This document shows positions 19,960 to 29,827 of a stretch of 64,000 nucleotides of DNA, one piece after another. The stretch spans positions 166,250 to 230,249 of the forward strand of contig CAWBQK010000001.1 of NCBI GenBank assembly GCA_963791045.1, given 5' to 3'. Both the position numbers and the translations under genes were made by a program. Every line of letters begins with the position of its first letter. The stretch's first letter is position 1. Under the pieces are notes generated by a model. It ran no database searches. It saw only the letters and a list, made by a program, of their open reading frames with translations, and was not told where the DNA came from. Origin of the DNA: Candidatus Latescibacterota bacterium (GTDB lineage Bacteria > Krumholzibacteriota > Krumholzibacteriia > WVZY01).

Positions 19960-21576
19960 TCACCGGCGCTCGTCCGAGATATACCATTCGTGGAGATTAA
20001 CGAAGAAACCGATCGCGTTTGGTTCCATACCGTGGTACCCGCGGCGAAGACCGACGACTTCGTGCGGGACGGAGAGAAAAAGAATCGGCTGATCGTCATA
20101 GATGATCCGCTGACACCGGTACCAAACCGGACGTGAGATATCGGGATCGAGCGTGGTCTTCGCCAGATCGATTAGCGAATCGATCTCGGCGTTTCTGTAA
20201 CGTGAAATGTTGTAGCCGTCGGGCGGCATTGAACTGCTATGCCAAAAACTTGTCAGGTCGGCTTTCGTCGCCACTTTCCAGCCAAGAACGCAGCTCTCAT
20301 ACTCGCCGCTTACGACGCGGCCAATAAAAGTGTTCCATTCAAACGTCCTGGGGACGACTTTGACACCGATCTTGCGGAGATATTCCTGTGTCATCGTCAT
20401 GATATCCGACCGGAGCTGATTCCCCTGGTTGGTTATCATCTCGAACTCGAAACGTTGGCCGTCCCTGTCAAGAACGCCATCGCCGTCCTCGTCTATCCAG
20501 CCCTTCGCTTCGAGTATTTTCGCCGCGCCTTCGGGATCGAAGGGTATCGGCGTCATCGACGGATCGTGCGCCCACAACACCGAGTGCATCGGCCCCACGC
20601 TCGGTTCCGCGAGACCTCCCCACAATGTCTGGATCATCTCGCCGGTGTTCACCGCCATCGCGAGTGCGCGGCGCGTGTCGCGGTCGTCAAGAAGCGGCGC
20701 TTCTAGATTCCACGACACGAAGTTGTGGTGCCGCGAGCGGTAGGAGATGATTTCGACATCCGGATACCCCGACTTGATTTCCGCCACCGCGTCCGTGGGT
20801 ATCGACTCGAGACAATCGATTTCTCCGGATTTGAGTTGGGTGACAAGGGTCGTCATGTCGGGTACGATCCGGAACACCACACTGGCGAGATAAGGCCGGT
20901 CCTTTTCGAAATAGAGCGGATTTCTTTCGAGTTCGATGTACTGTTCCGACACCCAACGGGCAAGTTTGAACGGACCGTTCCCCACTGGCTCCCTGCCTAA
21001 GGGAGCGGTTCTGATCTCACCGCGCGGTATGGACTCGAGCACATGCTTCGGAAGTATCACACCGTCGTTGGCGTCCATCAGCTGATACGGATAGCGGCCG
21101 TCAAAATGAAATCTCACCGTGTTGGCGTCGACAACCTCGACATCCTTGATACGATCCTTGAGGTTCCGCCCGGGCCATGCCACGAGCGTGTCGGTCTCAA
21201 GAACCCATGTGAAACGAACGTCCTCCGCCATCACCGGCTCACCGTCCTGCCACACAACATCATCCCTCAAATAAAAAGTGATCGAGAGGCTGTCGGAACT
21301 GAACTCCCATTCGCGCGCCAGTCTCGGCTCGAAGTTCAAAAAGTCGCCCTGCTCCTCGAGCAGTGTCATGTACATCAGACTGATGATGTTTTTGGCCTCG
21401 ATCGACGACGCGACCAGGGGGTTTAGGGTCTTCGGATCACTGAGAAGACCGACGACGACGTCACCACCGGGCTCGGGAGACGGCGCGCCGCCATCCGTCC
21501 CGCCGCACGCCGTTATCGTCAGTAGCAAAAGGCACAAAACGCCTTTTCTAAGTGGTTTTGAAAAGAGAGTCGTCAC
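19960..21576 (-). CDS. Peptide ABC transporter substrate-binding lipoprotein (SBP family 5)
   Basis: Lipobox ITAC; DPKTLNP; LRDDVVWQDGEPVMAEDVRFT; PVGNGPFKL; LERNPLY; GWIDEDGDGVLDRDG. Confidence 0.92.
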   Translation of the reverse strand: MTTLFSKPLRKGVLCLLLLTITACGGTDGGAPSPEPGGDVVVGLLSDPKTLNPLVASSIEAKNIISLMYMTLLEEQGDFLNFEPRLAREWEFSSDSLSITFYLRDDVVWQDGEPVMAEDVRFTWVLETDTLVAWPGRNLKDRIKDVEVVDANTVRFHFDGRYPYQLMDANDGVILPKHVLESIPRGEIRTAPLGREPVGNGPFKLARWVSEQYIELERNPLYFEKDRPYLASVVFRIVPDMTTLVTQLKSGEIDCLESIPTDAVAEIKSGYPDVEIISYRSRHHNFVSWNLEAPLLDDRDTRRALAMAVNTGEMIQTLWGGLAEPSVGPMHSVLWAHDPSMTPIPFDPEGAAKILEAKGWIDEDGDGVLDRDGQRFEFEMITNQGNQLRSDIMTMTQEYLRKIGVKVVPRTFEWNTFIGRVVSGEYESCVLGWKVATKADLTSFWHSSSMPPDGYNISRYRNAEIDSLIDLAKTTLDPDISRPVWYRCQRIIYDDQPILFLSVPHEVVGLRRGYHGMEPNAIGFFVNLHEWYISDERR

Positions 21577-22324
21577 GTTTCTTCCGTTGGAGAAGATAGA
21601 TTTTCAAATACAAGATCGACCGGTACAACGCAGTCGTCGAAGACAACAGATAACCATGAACGCCCGCTTTGTAACACTTGCCGACAATATAGTACCGCAA
21701 AAAAACACCCAGCGGCAGCACAACAACATCGCCGAGCCTTATTTTCCGCCGGCCCACCCGCTCCGCCGCTTCGAGTGTCGTATATCGGTTCAAGCGTTGA
21801 AAGCTCTCTCCAAGAGATTGATGCGTGTAATGGAAAAGAGGCTCCGCGAGATCGAGAAGTTCGCCGTCGGTTTCGATACCCTCATGAACAGGTCGCTGCG
21901 TCATCCTTCCACGCGACCGTCGAAAGAGACGCACCTGCCGGTCATCGCTCCACGGTCCGTACGGAATGTGTTTCCCAAGAAAAAAGTTGCTCCGCGGAAT
22001 GCGGAACGCTCCGACGCTCTCATCAACGCCCCCCGAGAGACGCCGGTTGATTTCACCGGCAAGCGCCTCGCTCGCCTCTTCGTCGGAATCGATCAAAAGC
22101 ACCCACTCTCCGCGCGCTTGATCGATGGCGAATTGTTTTTGCGTCGCAAAACCATCCCACTCCCTCAAGAAAATGCGGGCACCAAATCGGCGTGCGATGT
22201 CGACGGTGGCGTCTTCGCTGTGCGCATCGACGACAACAATTTCATCGGCGAATCGCACGCTCTCCAGGCACCGAGCGATATTCGTTTCTTCGTTTTGTGT
22301 TACAACGACGGCTGAGAGTTTCAT
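21548..22324 (-). CDS. Glycosyltransferase family 2 (WaaE/KdtX-like)
   Basis: LSAVVVTQNEETNIARCLESV, EIVVVDAHSEDAT, WVLLIDSDE, VHE, LFHY. Confidence 0.92.
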   Translation of the reverse strand: MKLSAVVVTQNEETNIARCLESVRFADEIVVVDAHSEDATVDIARRFGARIFLREWDGFATQKQFAIDQARGEWVLLIDSDEEASEALAGEINRRLSGGVDESVGAFRIPRSNFFLGKHIPYGPWSDDRQVRLFRRSRGRMTQRPVHEGIETDGELLDLAEPLFHYTHQSLGESFQRLNRYTTLEAAERVGRRKIRLGDVVVLPLGVFLRYYIVGKCYKAGVHGYLLSSTTALYRSILYLKIYLLQRKKRDDSLFKTT

Positions 22325-22382
22325 AATGGGGTTCCCCGGAACTGTCCGGCGCGATTATCATCCCAGCCGGGGCACCCGCCCG

Positions 22383-25300
22383 TCAAGCGATCCCTTGCGC
22401 GGCCGATTGCAGAGAGCGGATGGACAAGTCTTTCCCGCCGGTGGGCGGGAGCGAGAGCAGACCGAGCACGAGCGCGTGGAACCCGGACATGGTGGTAACG
22501 CACGGAACCTTTTTGCTGATGGCGGCCATCCTGATGGCCTTTTCGTCTTCAACCGACCTGCTCCCCACGGGCGTGTTGATGACCATGGCGATTTCCCCGC
22601 TCTCGATCATGTCGAGAATCCGGCGGTCACCCGTGCTCACCTTTGGGGCTTCCTGGACGTCAACCCCGTGGGACCTTAAAACCTTGGCCGTTCCCGAAGT
22701 CGCGACCAGGGTGTATCCCATGTCGCGCAATCCCTTCGCGGGATACACGCACTCTCTCTTGTATCTATTTGCTACACTTATAAATACAGCACCAACCTCC
22801 GACAGTTTAAACCCCGAGGCGATCTGGGCTTTTATGAACGCTTCGCCAAATGACGGAGCGATTCCCATGACCTCGCCGGTGGATCTCATCTCTGGGCCGA
22901 GAAGCGAATCCACTTCGGGGAACCGATCGAAGGGGAGCACCGGCGCCTTGACCGATACGAGCCCGTGAACAGCCGGCGGCTTGTCGGGCATGGGCCCTCC
23001 CATGATCACCCGGACCGCTTCTTTCACCCAGGCCACACCGGTGGCCTTGCTGACGAATGGAACCGTCCGCGATGCCCGCGGGTTGATTTCTATACAATAG
23101 AGCATGTCGTCCTTGACGGCGTACTGCACATTGAGAAGACCGACCACTCCGAGGGCGTGCCCGATCCGCTCCGTCGTCGCCCGGATCTCTTCGACAACTT
23201 CATCCTCGAGACTCACCGCGGGGAGGACGCATGACGAATCGCCGGAATGAACACCGGCTTCTTCGATGTGTTCCATGATCCCGATGACGAGCACGTCGCG
23301 TCCGTTACAAACCGCGTCGACATCGACCTCGACGGCGGAATCGAGAAACCTGTCCAGCATGAGCGGCCGTCCGCCGCTCGCAACGAGCGCTCGCCTGAGT
23401 GACTCTTCGAGATCACCCTCGTCGTAAACGAGCCGCATGTCCATCCCTCCCAAAACGTACGGCGGGCGAAGAAGAAGCGGAAACCCGAGAGCACGCGCCG
23501 CGGCGACACCCTCGTCAACACTCGAGGCGAACGTCGACCTGGGCTGTCGCACATCGAGTTCGCTGAGAAGTTCACTGCAACGCCTCCTGTCTTCGGCGCG
23601 GTCGACCGCTTCGACACCGGTCCCGATAATTTTGACACCGGCATCGGTGAGACGGCGGAGAAGCTTTATCGGACCCTGTCCACCAAACTGAACGATCACG
23701 CCGTCTGGGTTTTCTATGTCGACGATCGACATGACGTGTTCGAATGTCACAGGCTCGAAGTAGAGGCGGTCGCTGATATCAAAATCGGTGCTCACCGTCT
23801 CGGGATTGCAGTTGATCATTATGGTTTCGTATCCAAGATTCCGGAGTTCAGCCGCGGCGTGCACGCAACAATAATCAAACTCTATTCCCTGCCCGATGCG
23901 GTTGGGCCCACTGCCCAGGATAACAACCTTTTTGTTTTTTGTAGGCCGCGCCTCGCACACTTCGTCGTACGTCACGTAGTAGTATGGGGTCGCCGCCTCG
24001 AACTCACCGGCACACGTATCGACCATTCTCACGGACGGGAGAATCCCCAGCTCCTTCCTTCTCGCCGACACGATCCCCTCTTGGACGCCGACCAGGTCCG
24101 CGATCTGGCGGTCGCCAAACCCGAGCCGCTTGGCCTCTCGAAGCGTTTCCCTGTCGATTGGAGTCTCCGCTTCAGTGATTTCGATTTCGAAGGCGGCGAG
24201 CCGCCGGATGTTTTCGAGGAACCATGGATCGATGGCGGTGAGTTCGTGGATATCATCGAGCGACCATCCCGCGCCAAAAGCCGCCTTGATCGCGAAGAAA
24301 CGCTCCGGGCTTGGAATGGCAAGCCTCTCGACGAGGCGATCGTTTGTGTAACCGCCGAAAGAGTTGTCGAGACCACTCCACCCGGTCTCCAGCGAGCGCA
24401 TCGCCTTCTGCAACGCCTCGTTGAAAGTCCGTCCGAGCGCGAGAACTTCGCCAATCGATTTCATCTGCGGGGAGAGGCCGTCATCGGCGCCTTTGAACTT
24501 TTCAAAATTCCACTTGGGGATCTTGATGACACAATAGTCAAGAGCCGGTTCGAACGACGCGGGGATCGAACCGACAATATCGTTGGTGAGCTCGTCGAGC
24601 GTGTACCCGAGCGCGAGTTTTGTCGCAACCTTCGCTATCGGATATCCCGTCGCCTTGCTCGCCAGCGCGCTCGAGCGTGACACGCGGGGATTCATTTCGA
24701 TAACAATCATCCGGCCGGTCACGGGGTCGAGCGCAAACTGTACGTTCGCCCCACCCGAGATCCCAACCTCTTCCATTATTCTGAAAGCGCCGTCCCGCAA
24801 CTGTTGATATTCCTTGTCGCTCAACGTCTGAACGGGAGCAACGGTTATGCTGTCGCCCGTGTGCGTCCCCATCGGATCGATATTCTCGATCGAACACACA
24901 ACGACACAGTTGCCCGTGTGGTCCCGCATGACCTCGAGCTCGAACTCCTTCCATCCTTCGACCGACTCCTCAATGAGCACCTCACTTGTAGGCGACTTTC
25001 TCAAACCCGACGCCACCGCTTCGAAATAGGCGTCGCGGTCACGCGCCATCCCGGCGCCGCTGCCGCCCAGAGTGAACGACGGACGGACGATCACTGGGAG
25101 CGACAACTCGTCGAGCGCCGCAACCGCTTCTTCGATGCAGGTAACCACGGCGCTCTTCGGCACTTCGCACCCGGCCTCGATGGCCAGCCTGCGAAAACTG
25201 CGTCTGTTTTCGGCGCGCTCGATGGTGTCGACATCGGCCCCAAGAAGCGTCACACCGAGACGCTCGAGTTCACCCCGGCACGAAAGTTCGCACGCGAGGT

Positions 25301-25589
25301 TGAGCGCCGTCTGCCCGCCGAGGGTGGGAAGAACCGCGTCGCACTTCTCCTTCTTGATTATGGATATACAGGTGTCGACGGTAAGCGGTTCGATGTAGGT
25401 CGCGTCGGACAAATCGGGGTCTGTCATTATCGTCGCCGGGTTGCTGTTGAGAAGCACCACTCGTATGCCCTCTTCGCGAAGCGCCCTGATCGCCTGCGTG
25501 CCCGAGTAATCAAATTCGCATCCCTGGCCGATGACTATCGGCCCCGACCCGATCACAAGCACCGTGTTCACGTTATACCGTTTGGGCAT
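22383..25589 (-). CDS. carB: Carbamoyl-phosphate synthase large subunit
   Basis: [54 protein letters not shown], duplicated ATP-grasp domain, C-terminal MGS domain. Confidence 0.98.
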   Translation of the reverse strand: MPKRYNVNTVLVIGSGPIVIGQGCEFDYSGTQAIRALREEGIRVVLLNSNPATIMTDPDLSDATYIEPLTVDTCISIIKKEKCDAVLPTLGGQTALNLACELSCRGELERLGVTLLGADVDTIERAENRRSFRRLAIEAGCEVPKSAVVTCIEEAVAALDELSLPVIVRPSFTLGGSGAGMARDRDAYFEAVASGLRKSPTSEVLIEESVEGWKEFELEVMRDHTGNCVVVCSIENIDPMGTHTGDSITVAPVQTLSDKEYQQLRDGAFRIMEEVGISGGANVQFALDPVTGRMIVIEMNPRVSRSSALASKATGYPIAKVATKLALGYTLDELTNDIVGSIPASFEPALDYCVIKIPKWNFEKFKGADDGLSPQMKSIGEVLALGRTFNEALQKAMRSLETGWSGLDNSFGGYTNDRLVERLAIPSPERFFAIKAAFGAGWSLDDIHELTAIDPWFLENIRRLAAFEIEITEAETPIDRETLREAKRLGFGDRQIADLVGVQEGIVSARRKELGILPSVRMVDTCAGEFEAATPYYYVTYDEVCEARPTKNKKVVILGSGPNRIGQGIEFDYCCVHAAAELRNLGYETIMINCNPETVSTDFDISDRLYFEPVTFEHVMSIVDIENPDGVIVQFGGQGPIKLLRRLTDAGVKIIGTGVEAVDRAEDRRRCSELLSELDVRQPRSTFASSVDEGVAAARALGFPLLLRPPYVLGGMDMRLVYDEGDLEESLRRALVASGGRPLMLDRFLDSAVEVDVDAVCNGRDVLVIGIMEHIEEAGVHSGDSSCVLPAVSLEDEVVEEIRATTERIGHALGVVGLLNVQYAVKDDMLYCIEINPRASRTVPFVSKATGVAWVKEAVRVIMGGPMPDKPPAVHGLVSVKAPVLPFDRFPEVDSLLGPEMRSTGEVMGIAPSFGEAFIKAQIASGFKLSEVGAVFISVANRYKRECVYPAKGLRDMGYTLVATSGTAKVLRSHGVDVQEAPKVSTGDRRILDMIESGEIAMVINTPVGSRSVEDEKAIRMAAISKKVPCVTTMSGFHALVLGLLSLPPTGGKDLSIRSLQSAAQGIA

Positions 25590-26742
25590 TTCTCGCCCCC
25601 TCCCAGACTGACACTAACGGCGCGGGAGCGGCGTTCCCCACCCGTAACCGGACCCGTTTGGAGAATTCCTCGATTATGTAGAAAGCATCATGCGGCCCAG
25701 GCGATGCCTCGGGATGAAATTGGACACATTCGACGAGAAGGGATTCGACGGCAAACCCCTCGACGGTTCCGTCGTTCAGATTCGAGAATGTGACCCTGGC
25801 ACCGGTGAAATCGCCATCGACGGCGTACCCGTGATTTTGGCTCGTGATCAACACACGTCCCGTGCGGTGACACATCACCGGCTGATTTCCGCCGCGGTGG
25901 CCGAACTTGAGCTTGTAAGTCTTTCCCCCCATCGCGAGGGCAGTGATCTGATGCCCCAAGCAAATTCCCAGGATGGGAATTCTTCCCAGCAATTCTTTGA
26001 CCGACTCGATCGCACCGGGGACATCGGCGGGGTCGCCGGGCCCGTTCGAGAGAACGACAAAGTCAAAATCACTATCGAGAACGAGATCGGTATCGAACCC
26101 GCCGCGCTCCGTTTTGCGCGCGGGAAACACCTCGACCGCCGCGCCCAGGCGCCGGACGGCCGACACGATACTATCCTTGACGCCAAAATCGACGACGGCC
26201 ACCCTTCCGTTCTCGCCCCTGTACCGTCGCTCCCCGCGACCGGCGACACCCACCACGAGATCCGCGGGCGCGGCGGCCTCTCGAGCCAGAGCAATCGCCG
26301 TCAGTTCCTCGTCGGGTTGAGTGGCGAGACCGATCACGCCGGGAATCGATCCCTTCTTCCGGATGTGGAGCGCGAGCGACCGGGTGTCGACGTCGCTCAA
26401 CCCGGGCATTCCCCTGGCGATCATGAAATCTTCGAGACTCACGCGGCCGGGGCGCGGAGAGAAGAACGACGAGAGCTCACGGACAACGAGACCGCTTGCC
26501 GCGCAAAAAGTCTTTTCGTCGTCTTCCTCGTGAACGCCATAGTTGCCGATCTGCGGATACGTCATTACGACAATCTGTCCCGCGTAGGACGGATCGGTGA
26601 GTATCTCCTGGTAACCGGTCATACTCGTGTTGAAAACAACCTCGGCGGGAACGGGCAGTTCCCCACCGCCAATCAACCGTCCCTCGAAACACGCGCCGTC
26701 GGACAGCACAAGCTTGGCACGCTGCCTCTTGCAAAGGTTCAC
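25573..26742 (-). CDS. carA: Carbamoyl-phosphate synthase small subunit
   Basis: [68 protein letters not shown] start with GGGAG RBS. Confidence 0.96.
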   Translation of the reverse strand: MNLCKRQRAKLVLSDGACFEGRLIGGGELPVPAEVVFNTSMTGYQEILTDPSYAGQIVVMTYPQIGNYGVHEEDDEKTFCAASGLVVRELSSFFSPRPGRVSLEDFMIARGMPGLSDVDTRSLALHIRKKGSIPGVIGLATQPDEELTAIALAREAAAPADLVVGVAGRGERRYRGENGRVAVVDFGVKDSIVSAVRRLGAAVEVFPARKTERGGFDTDLVLDSDFDFVVLSNGPGDPADVPGAIESVKELLGRIPILGICLGHQITALAMGGKTYKLKFGHRGGNQPVMCHRTGRVLITSQNHGYAVDGDFTGARVTFSNLNDGTVEGFAVESLLVECVQFHPEASPGPHDAFYIIEEFSKRVRLRVGNAAPAPLVSVWEGARNAQTV

Positions 26743-26773
26743 GCCGGTTCTCCCTTCCGCGATATGACCGGGC

Positions 26774-26799
26774 AAAAAAAAGACCGCCAAATGGCGGCC
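26774..26799 (-). terminator. Second leader terminator upstream of carA
   Basis: GGCCGCCA/TGGCGGTC hairpin followed by T8 on the minus strand. Confidence 0.75.
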
Positions 26800-26822
26800 T
26801 GGGAACGGCAAATACAACATAC

Positions 26823-26849
26823 AAAAAAGCCCCCTGCCGAGGCAGGAGA
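26823..26849 (-). terminator. First leader (attenuator) terminator upstream of carA
   Basis: CTCCTGCC/GGCAGGGG hairpin followed by GC and a T6 tract on the minus strand. Confidence 0.75.
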
Positions 26850-26883
26850 CGGGATACACTGGTTTTCAATGTTTTTCATCGGG

Positions 26884-26920
26884 TCCCTTTCCAGCCTCTC
26901 TGGGCTAGTTTAAAAGGATC
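26884..26920 (-). promoter_or_regulatory. PyrR binding loop (pyrimidine attenuation leader)
   Basis: Minus strand GATCCTTTTAAACTAGCCCAGAGAGGCTGGAAAGGGA matches the PyrR RNA consensus CUUUAA...ARUCCNGNGAGGYU...AAGG. It lies between a promoter and terminators upstream of carA. Confidence 0.85.
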
Positions 26921-26936
26921 TTGCCGGTTTCGGAGC

Positions 26937-26966
26937 AATGTACCCGTCTTACGGTGATATCGTCAA
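26937..26966 (-). promoter_or_regulatory. Putative sigma70 promoter of carAB
   Basis: Minus strand TTGACG-N18-TACATT immediately upstream of the PyrR loop. Confidence 0.6.
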
Positions 26967-27006
26967 GACGTTTCTCGCCCTCCAATGAAAATGTTTTGAA
27001 CCCGGA

Positions 27007-28200
27007 TCACAACACGCGGCAAATCAAGCCCTTGAGGTATTCCGATTCGGGGAAAGAGGGCAGAACCGGGTGGTCCGCACTCTGCGAAAGCCTGCGTAGA
27101 ATCTGCACGTCCCGCCCCGCGTCGACGCTCGCCCAGGTGATGATCCGCGTAAAATGTTCGATATTAACCGCCCCCGAACAGGAAAAAGTCGCCAGGATCC
27201 CGCCGGGTTTCAACACTTTCATTCCGAGAAGATTTGCGTCTTTGTAAGCCCGCTCGGCCTTCTCCAGCCCGGCACGTGACTTGGCGAGCTTTGGTGGGTC
27301 GATGACCACCATGTCGAACTCCCTCCCGCCGTCACGAAACGTCCGGGCCAATTCGAATACATTGCCCTGGAGGAGTTCATAACGATCCGCGTCAACCCCG
27401 TTCAAATCAAAATTACTCGCGGCGAATTCGAGTGCGCCGCCGGAAGAGTCGATGAGGGTGGCATGCGCCGCTCCGGACGAGAGCGCGTAGGCGCTGAACG
27501 CCCCCGAGTACGAGAACAAGTCGAGAACATCTTTCCCTTCGGCGTATTCGGCGACTGCACGCCGGTTGTCGCGCTGGTCGGCGTAAAAACCGGTTTTTTG
27601 GCCCGACCTGATGTCGACGGCAAATGACAATCCGCATTCGGATACGTTGACCCGGTCGGGGGGAGAATCCCCCGCGGCGGCCCGGACAATGGTGGATAAA
27701 CCTTCGAGTTTTCTGGAGTCGGTGTCGCTCCGCTCAAAAATCCCCGTCGGTTTGAGGGTTCCCATGAGCGCGTCGACGAGAATTGATTTCACACGTTCGA
27801 CACCTGCGGTCGACGCCTGGATCACCAGAAAATCCGCGTAGCGGTCCACGATAAACCCGGGGAGGCCGTCCGCCTCGGCATGGACCATCCGATAGACATC
27901 GGTATCGCCGAGGGAGGGAATGTCGCCGCGGTGCGCGATCGCTCGCTTGATACGCTCCCGCCACCATCCTTCATTGATGACGACGTCCTCGTTCCAATCA
28001 AGCACGCGAGCATGGATCTGCGAACGCGGGTTGAAATATGCCCAGGCAACGAATTCGCCGTCCGACTTAACGACCCGCACGATGTCGCCCGAACCGGGAT
28101 CACCCTCGACCCTGTCGATCGCGCCGGAGAAGACCCAGGGATGGCGGCGTCTCAGCGAGCGATCGCGCCCTCCGCGTATGTGAACGGTGGCAGGTTCCAT
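27007..28200 (-). CDS. rlmI: RlmI-like class I SAM-dependent rRNA m5C methyltransferase
   Basis: RRHPWVFSG PUA domain, AEADGLPGFIVDRY, GQKTGFYADQRDNR, VLDLFSYSGAF, IDPPKL, FSCS, DHP...EYLKG. Confidence 0.88.
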   Translation of the reverse strand: MEPATVHIRGGRDRSLRRRHPWVFSGAIDRVEGDPGSGDIVRVVKSDGEFVAWAYFNPRSQIHARVLDWNEDVVINEGWWRERIKRAIAHRGDIPSLGDTDVYRMVHAEADGLPGFIVDRYADFLVIQASTAGVERVKSILVDALMGTLKPTGIFERSDTDSRKLEGLSTIVRAAAGDSPPDRVNVSECGLSFAVDIRSGQKTGFYADQRDNRRAVAEYAEGKDVLDLFSYSGAFSAYALSSGAAHATLIDSSGGALEFAASNFDLNGVDADRYELLQGNVFELARTFRDGGREFDMVVIDPPKLAKSRAGLEKAERAYKDANLLGMKVLKPGGILATFSCSGAVNIEHFTRIITWASVDAGRDVQILRRLSQSADHPVLPSFPESEYLKGLICRVL

Positions 28201-28208
28201 ATCACGTC

Positions 28209-29282
28209 CTAAATATTGAACCGGATAAAAAGAATGTCCCCGTCCTGGACGATATAGTCGCGGCCCTTCACCCCAAGCTTGCCGGCGTTTTTGACCTTTT
28301 CCTCGCTCCCGAGTTCGAGAAGATCAGAGAGACCGATAACCTCCGCGCGTATAAAGCCGCGCGCCAGGTCGGTGTGAATCTTCCCCGCCGCTTCGACGGC
28401 GGTGCTTCCACGGCGAACAAGCCACTGGCGGACTTCCGCGCTGGCGACCGTAAAAAACGATTCGAGTCCGAGCGAATCGATGCTCTGCCGCGTGAGCACA
28501 TGGAGTGCTGTTTCCTCGATGCCCATTTCCTCCATGAACTCTTTTCGTTCGGCTTCGGATTCGAGCGCGGCGATCTCCGCTTCCATTTCAACGGCGAGTT
28601 GAATACACGTTATCCGCAACGGAGCAAACCGCTTGTTCAACTCTTCGATTCGCGCCGTGTCGGACACATCGCTGTCGGCGACATTGAGTACGACGACCAG
28701 CTCTCTTTGCGACAAAAGCGGATAACTTCGCACAAACTTGTCTTCGTCGGCGGTGATTTCGAGCGTCCGCAGCGGCTGTTCGTTCTCGAGATGATTCTTG
28801 AATCTTTCGAGAAGTTCGAGTTCCCTGGCCGCGGACTTGTCCTTGACCTTCATCAGGTCCTTCTCGATCCTGCCCATTCGCTTCTCGACAAACACAAGGT
28901 CGTGGAGAACGAACTCGGTGTTGACGTAGTCGATATCGCGGACGGGATCGACCGACCCCCACATGTGATAAATCGAATCGTCCTCGAACGCACGAACCAC
29001 GTGGCAGAAAACCTCGACTTCGGCCAGGTCCTTAAAAATGTCCCCCTTCGAAACCGATTGCTCCTCGATTTTTTGCGGAAGGAGAATCTCGACGCGCGCC
29101 CTGGTCTGCTTTTTTGGCGAGTAGATTTCGACAAGAGATTCGAAACGATCGTCGAGCACCTCCGCGACACCGCGGAGCGTTTTTTTGGGATCCGTATTCT
29201 CACCCAACGATCCCTTCCCCACGAGGAGTTGGAACAGCTTTTTTTTGCCGGTCTGGGGGAGACCAATAATTCCTATGTTCAT
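28209..29282 (-). CDS. ychF: YchF-like (Obg family, DUF933/TGS) protein with degenerate nucleotide-binding motifs
   Basis: IGIIGLPQTGK, HVVRAF, FFT, AAGKIHTDLARGFIRAEV, GRDYIVQDGDILFIRFN; the G1 and G3 motifs are atypical. Confidence 0.85.
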   Translation of the reverse strand: MNIGIIGLPQTGKKKLFQLLVGKGSLGENTDPKKTLRGVAEVLDDRFESLVEIYSPKKQTRARVEILLPQKIEEQSVSKGDIFKDLAEVEVFCHVVRAFEDDSIYHMWGSVDPVRDIDYVNTEFVLHDLVFVEKRMGRIEKDLMKVKDKSAARELELLERFKNHLENEQPLRTLEITADEDKFVRSYPLLSQRELVVVLNVADSDVSDTARIEELNKRFAPLRITCIQLAVEMEAEIAALESEAERKEFMEEMGIEETALHVLTRQSIDSLGLESFFTVASAEVRQWLVRRGSTAVEAAGKIHTDLARGFIRAEVIGLSDLLELGSEEKVKNAGKLGVKGRDYIVQDGDILFIRFNI

Positions 29283-29429
29283 GATTTCTAAATTCGGGTT
29301 TGGGCCGGAAAAAGACAAACCGCCGATCCGCGCAACTGAACGTTAGTCGCGGAATCAGCGGTCCGTTTGGCTTGTTCAGCGAGCCAGGCCGGGCGGATTC
29401 ACTCCGTCCGGTCTATAAGGGTTGATAAA

Positions 29430-29744
29430 TCAACCCGCGTTGATTTCGACGAAAAGCTCGTCTCCTTCAACAACTATCGGGTACGTCTCCACGGGAGAAA
29501 CGGCGGGAAGCGAAAGCGCCTCACCGGTTTTCAGATCAAAAATCGCCGCATGATCCGGGCACTGGACCCGGCATCCTTCGACGAGCTCTCCCTCGGAGAG
29601 GTATGCCATCGCATGGGAACACGTGTCGGCGATACAATAGAATTCATTGCCGACATGCGCGACGAGCAGTGGTTCGCCCTCGACATCGAAGGACTTCATT
29701 GTGCTCTCCGGCAGGTCGTTCGCCTTGCAAACTTTGGCCTTCAT
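29430..29744 (-). CDS. Rieske [2Fe-2S] ferredoxin
   Basis: CSH...CPDH Rieske boxes; FDLKTGE. Confidence 0.92.
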   Translation of the reverse strand: MKAKVCKANDLPESTMKSFDVEGEPLLVAHVGNEFYCIADTCSHAMAYLSEGELVEGCRVQCPDHAAIFDLKTGEALSLPAVSPVETYPIVVEGDELFVEINAG

Positions 29745-29781
29745 GCGACTTCCTCCTCCGCCAATTCAATTGGCGTGGACA

Positions 29782-29820
29782 CAAAACAGAGGGCCGGCCG
29801 TTACATTCCCGGCCGACCCT
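29782..29820 (-). terminator. Probable terminator after pntB
   Basis: AGGGTCGGCCG/CGGCCGGCCCT hairpin followed by CTGTTTT on the minus strand. Confidence 0.55.
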
Positions 29821-29827
29821 GAAAATC

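Noticed and set aside
23455-23470. CarB RPPYVLGG instead of the conserved RPSYVLGG
   Set aside because: A single-base difference in an assembly that shows other probable errors; not interpretable without reads.
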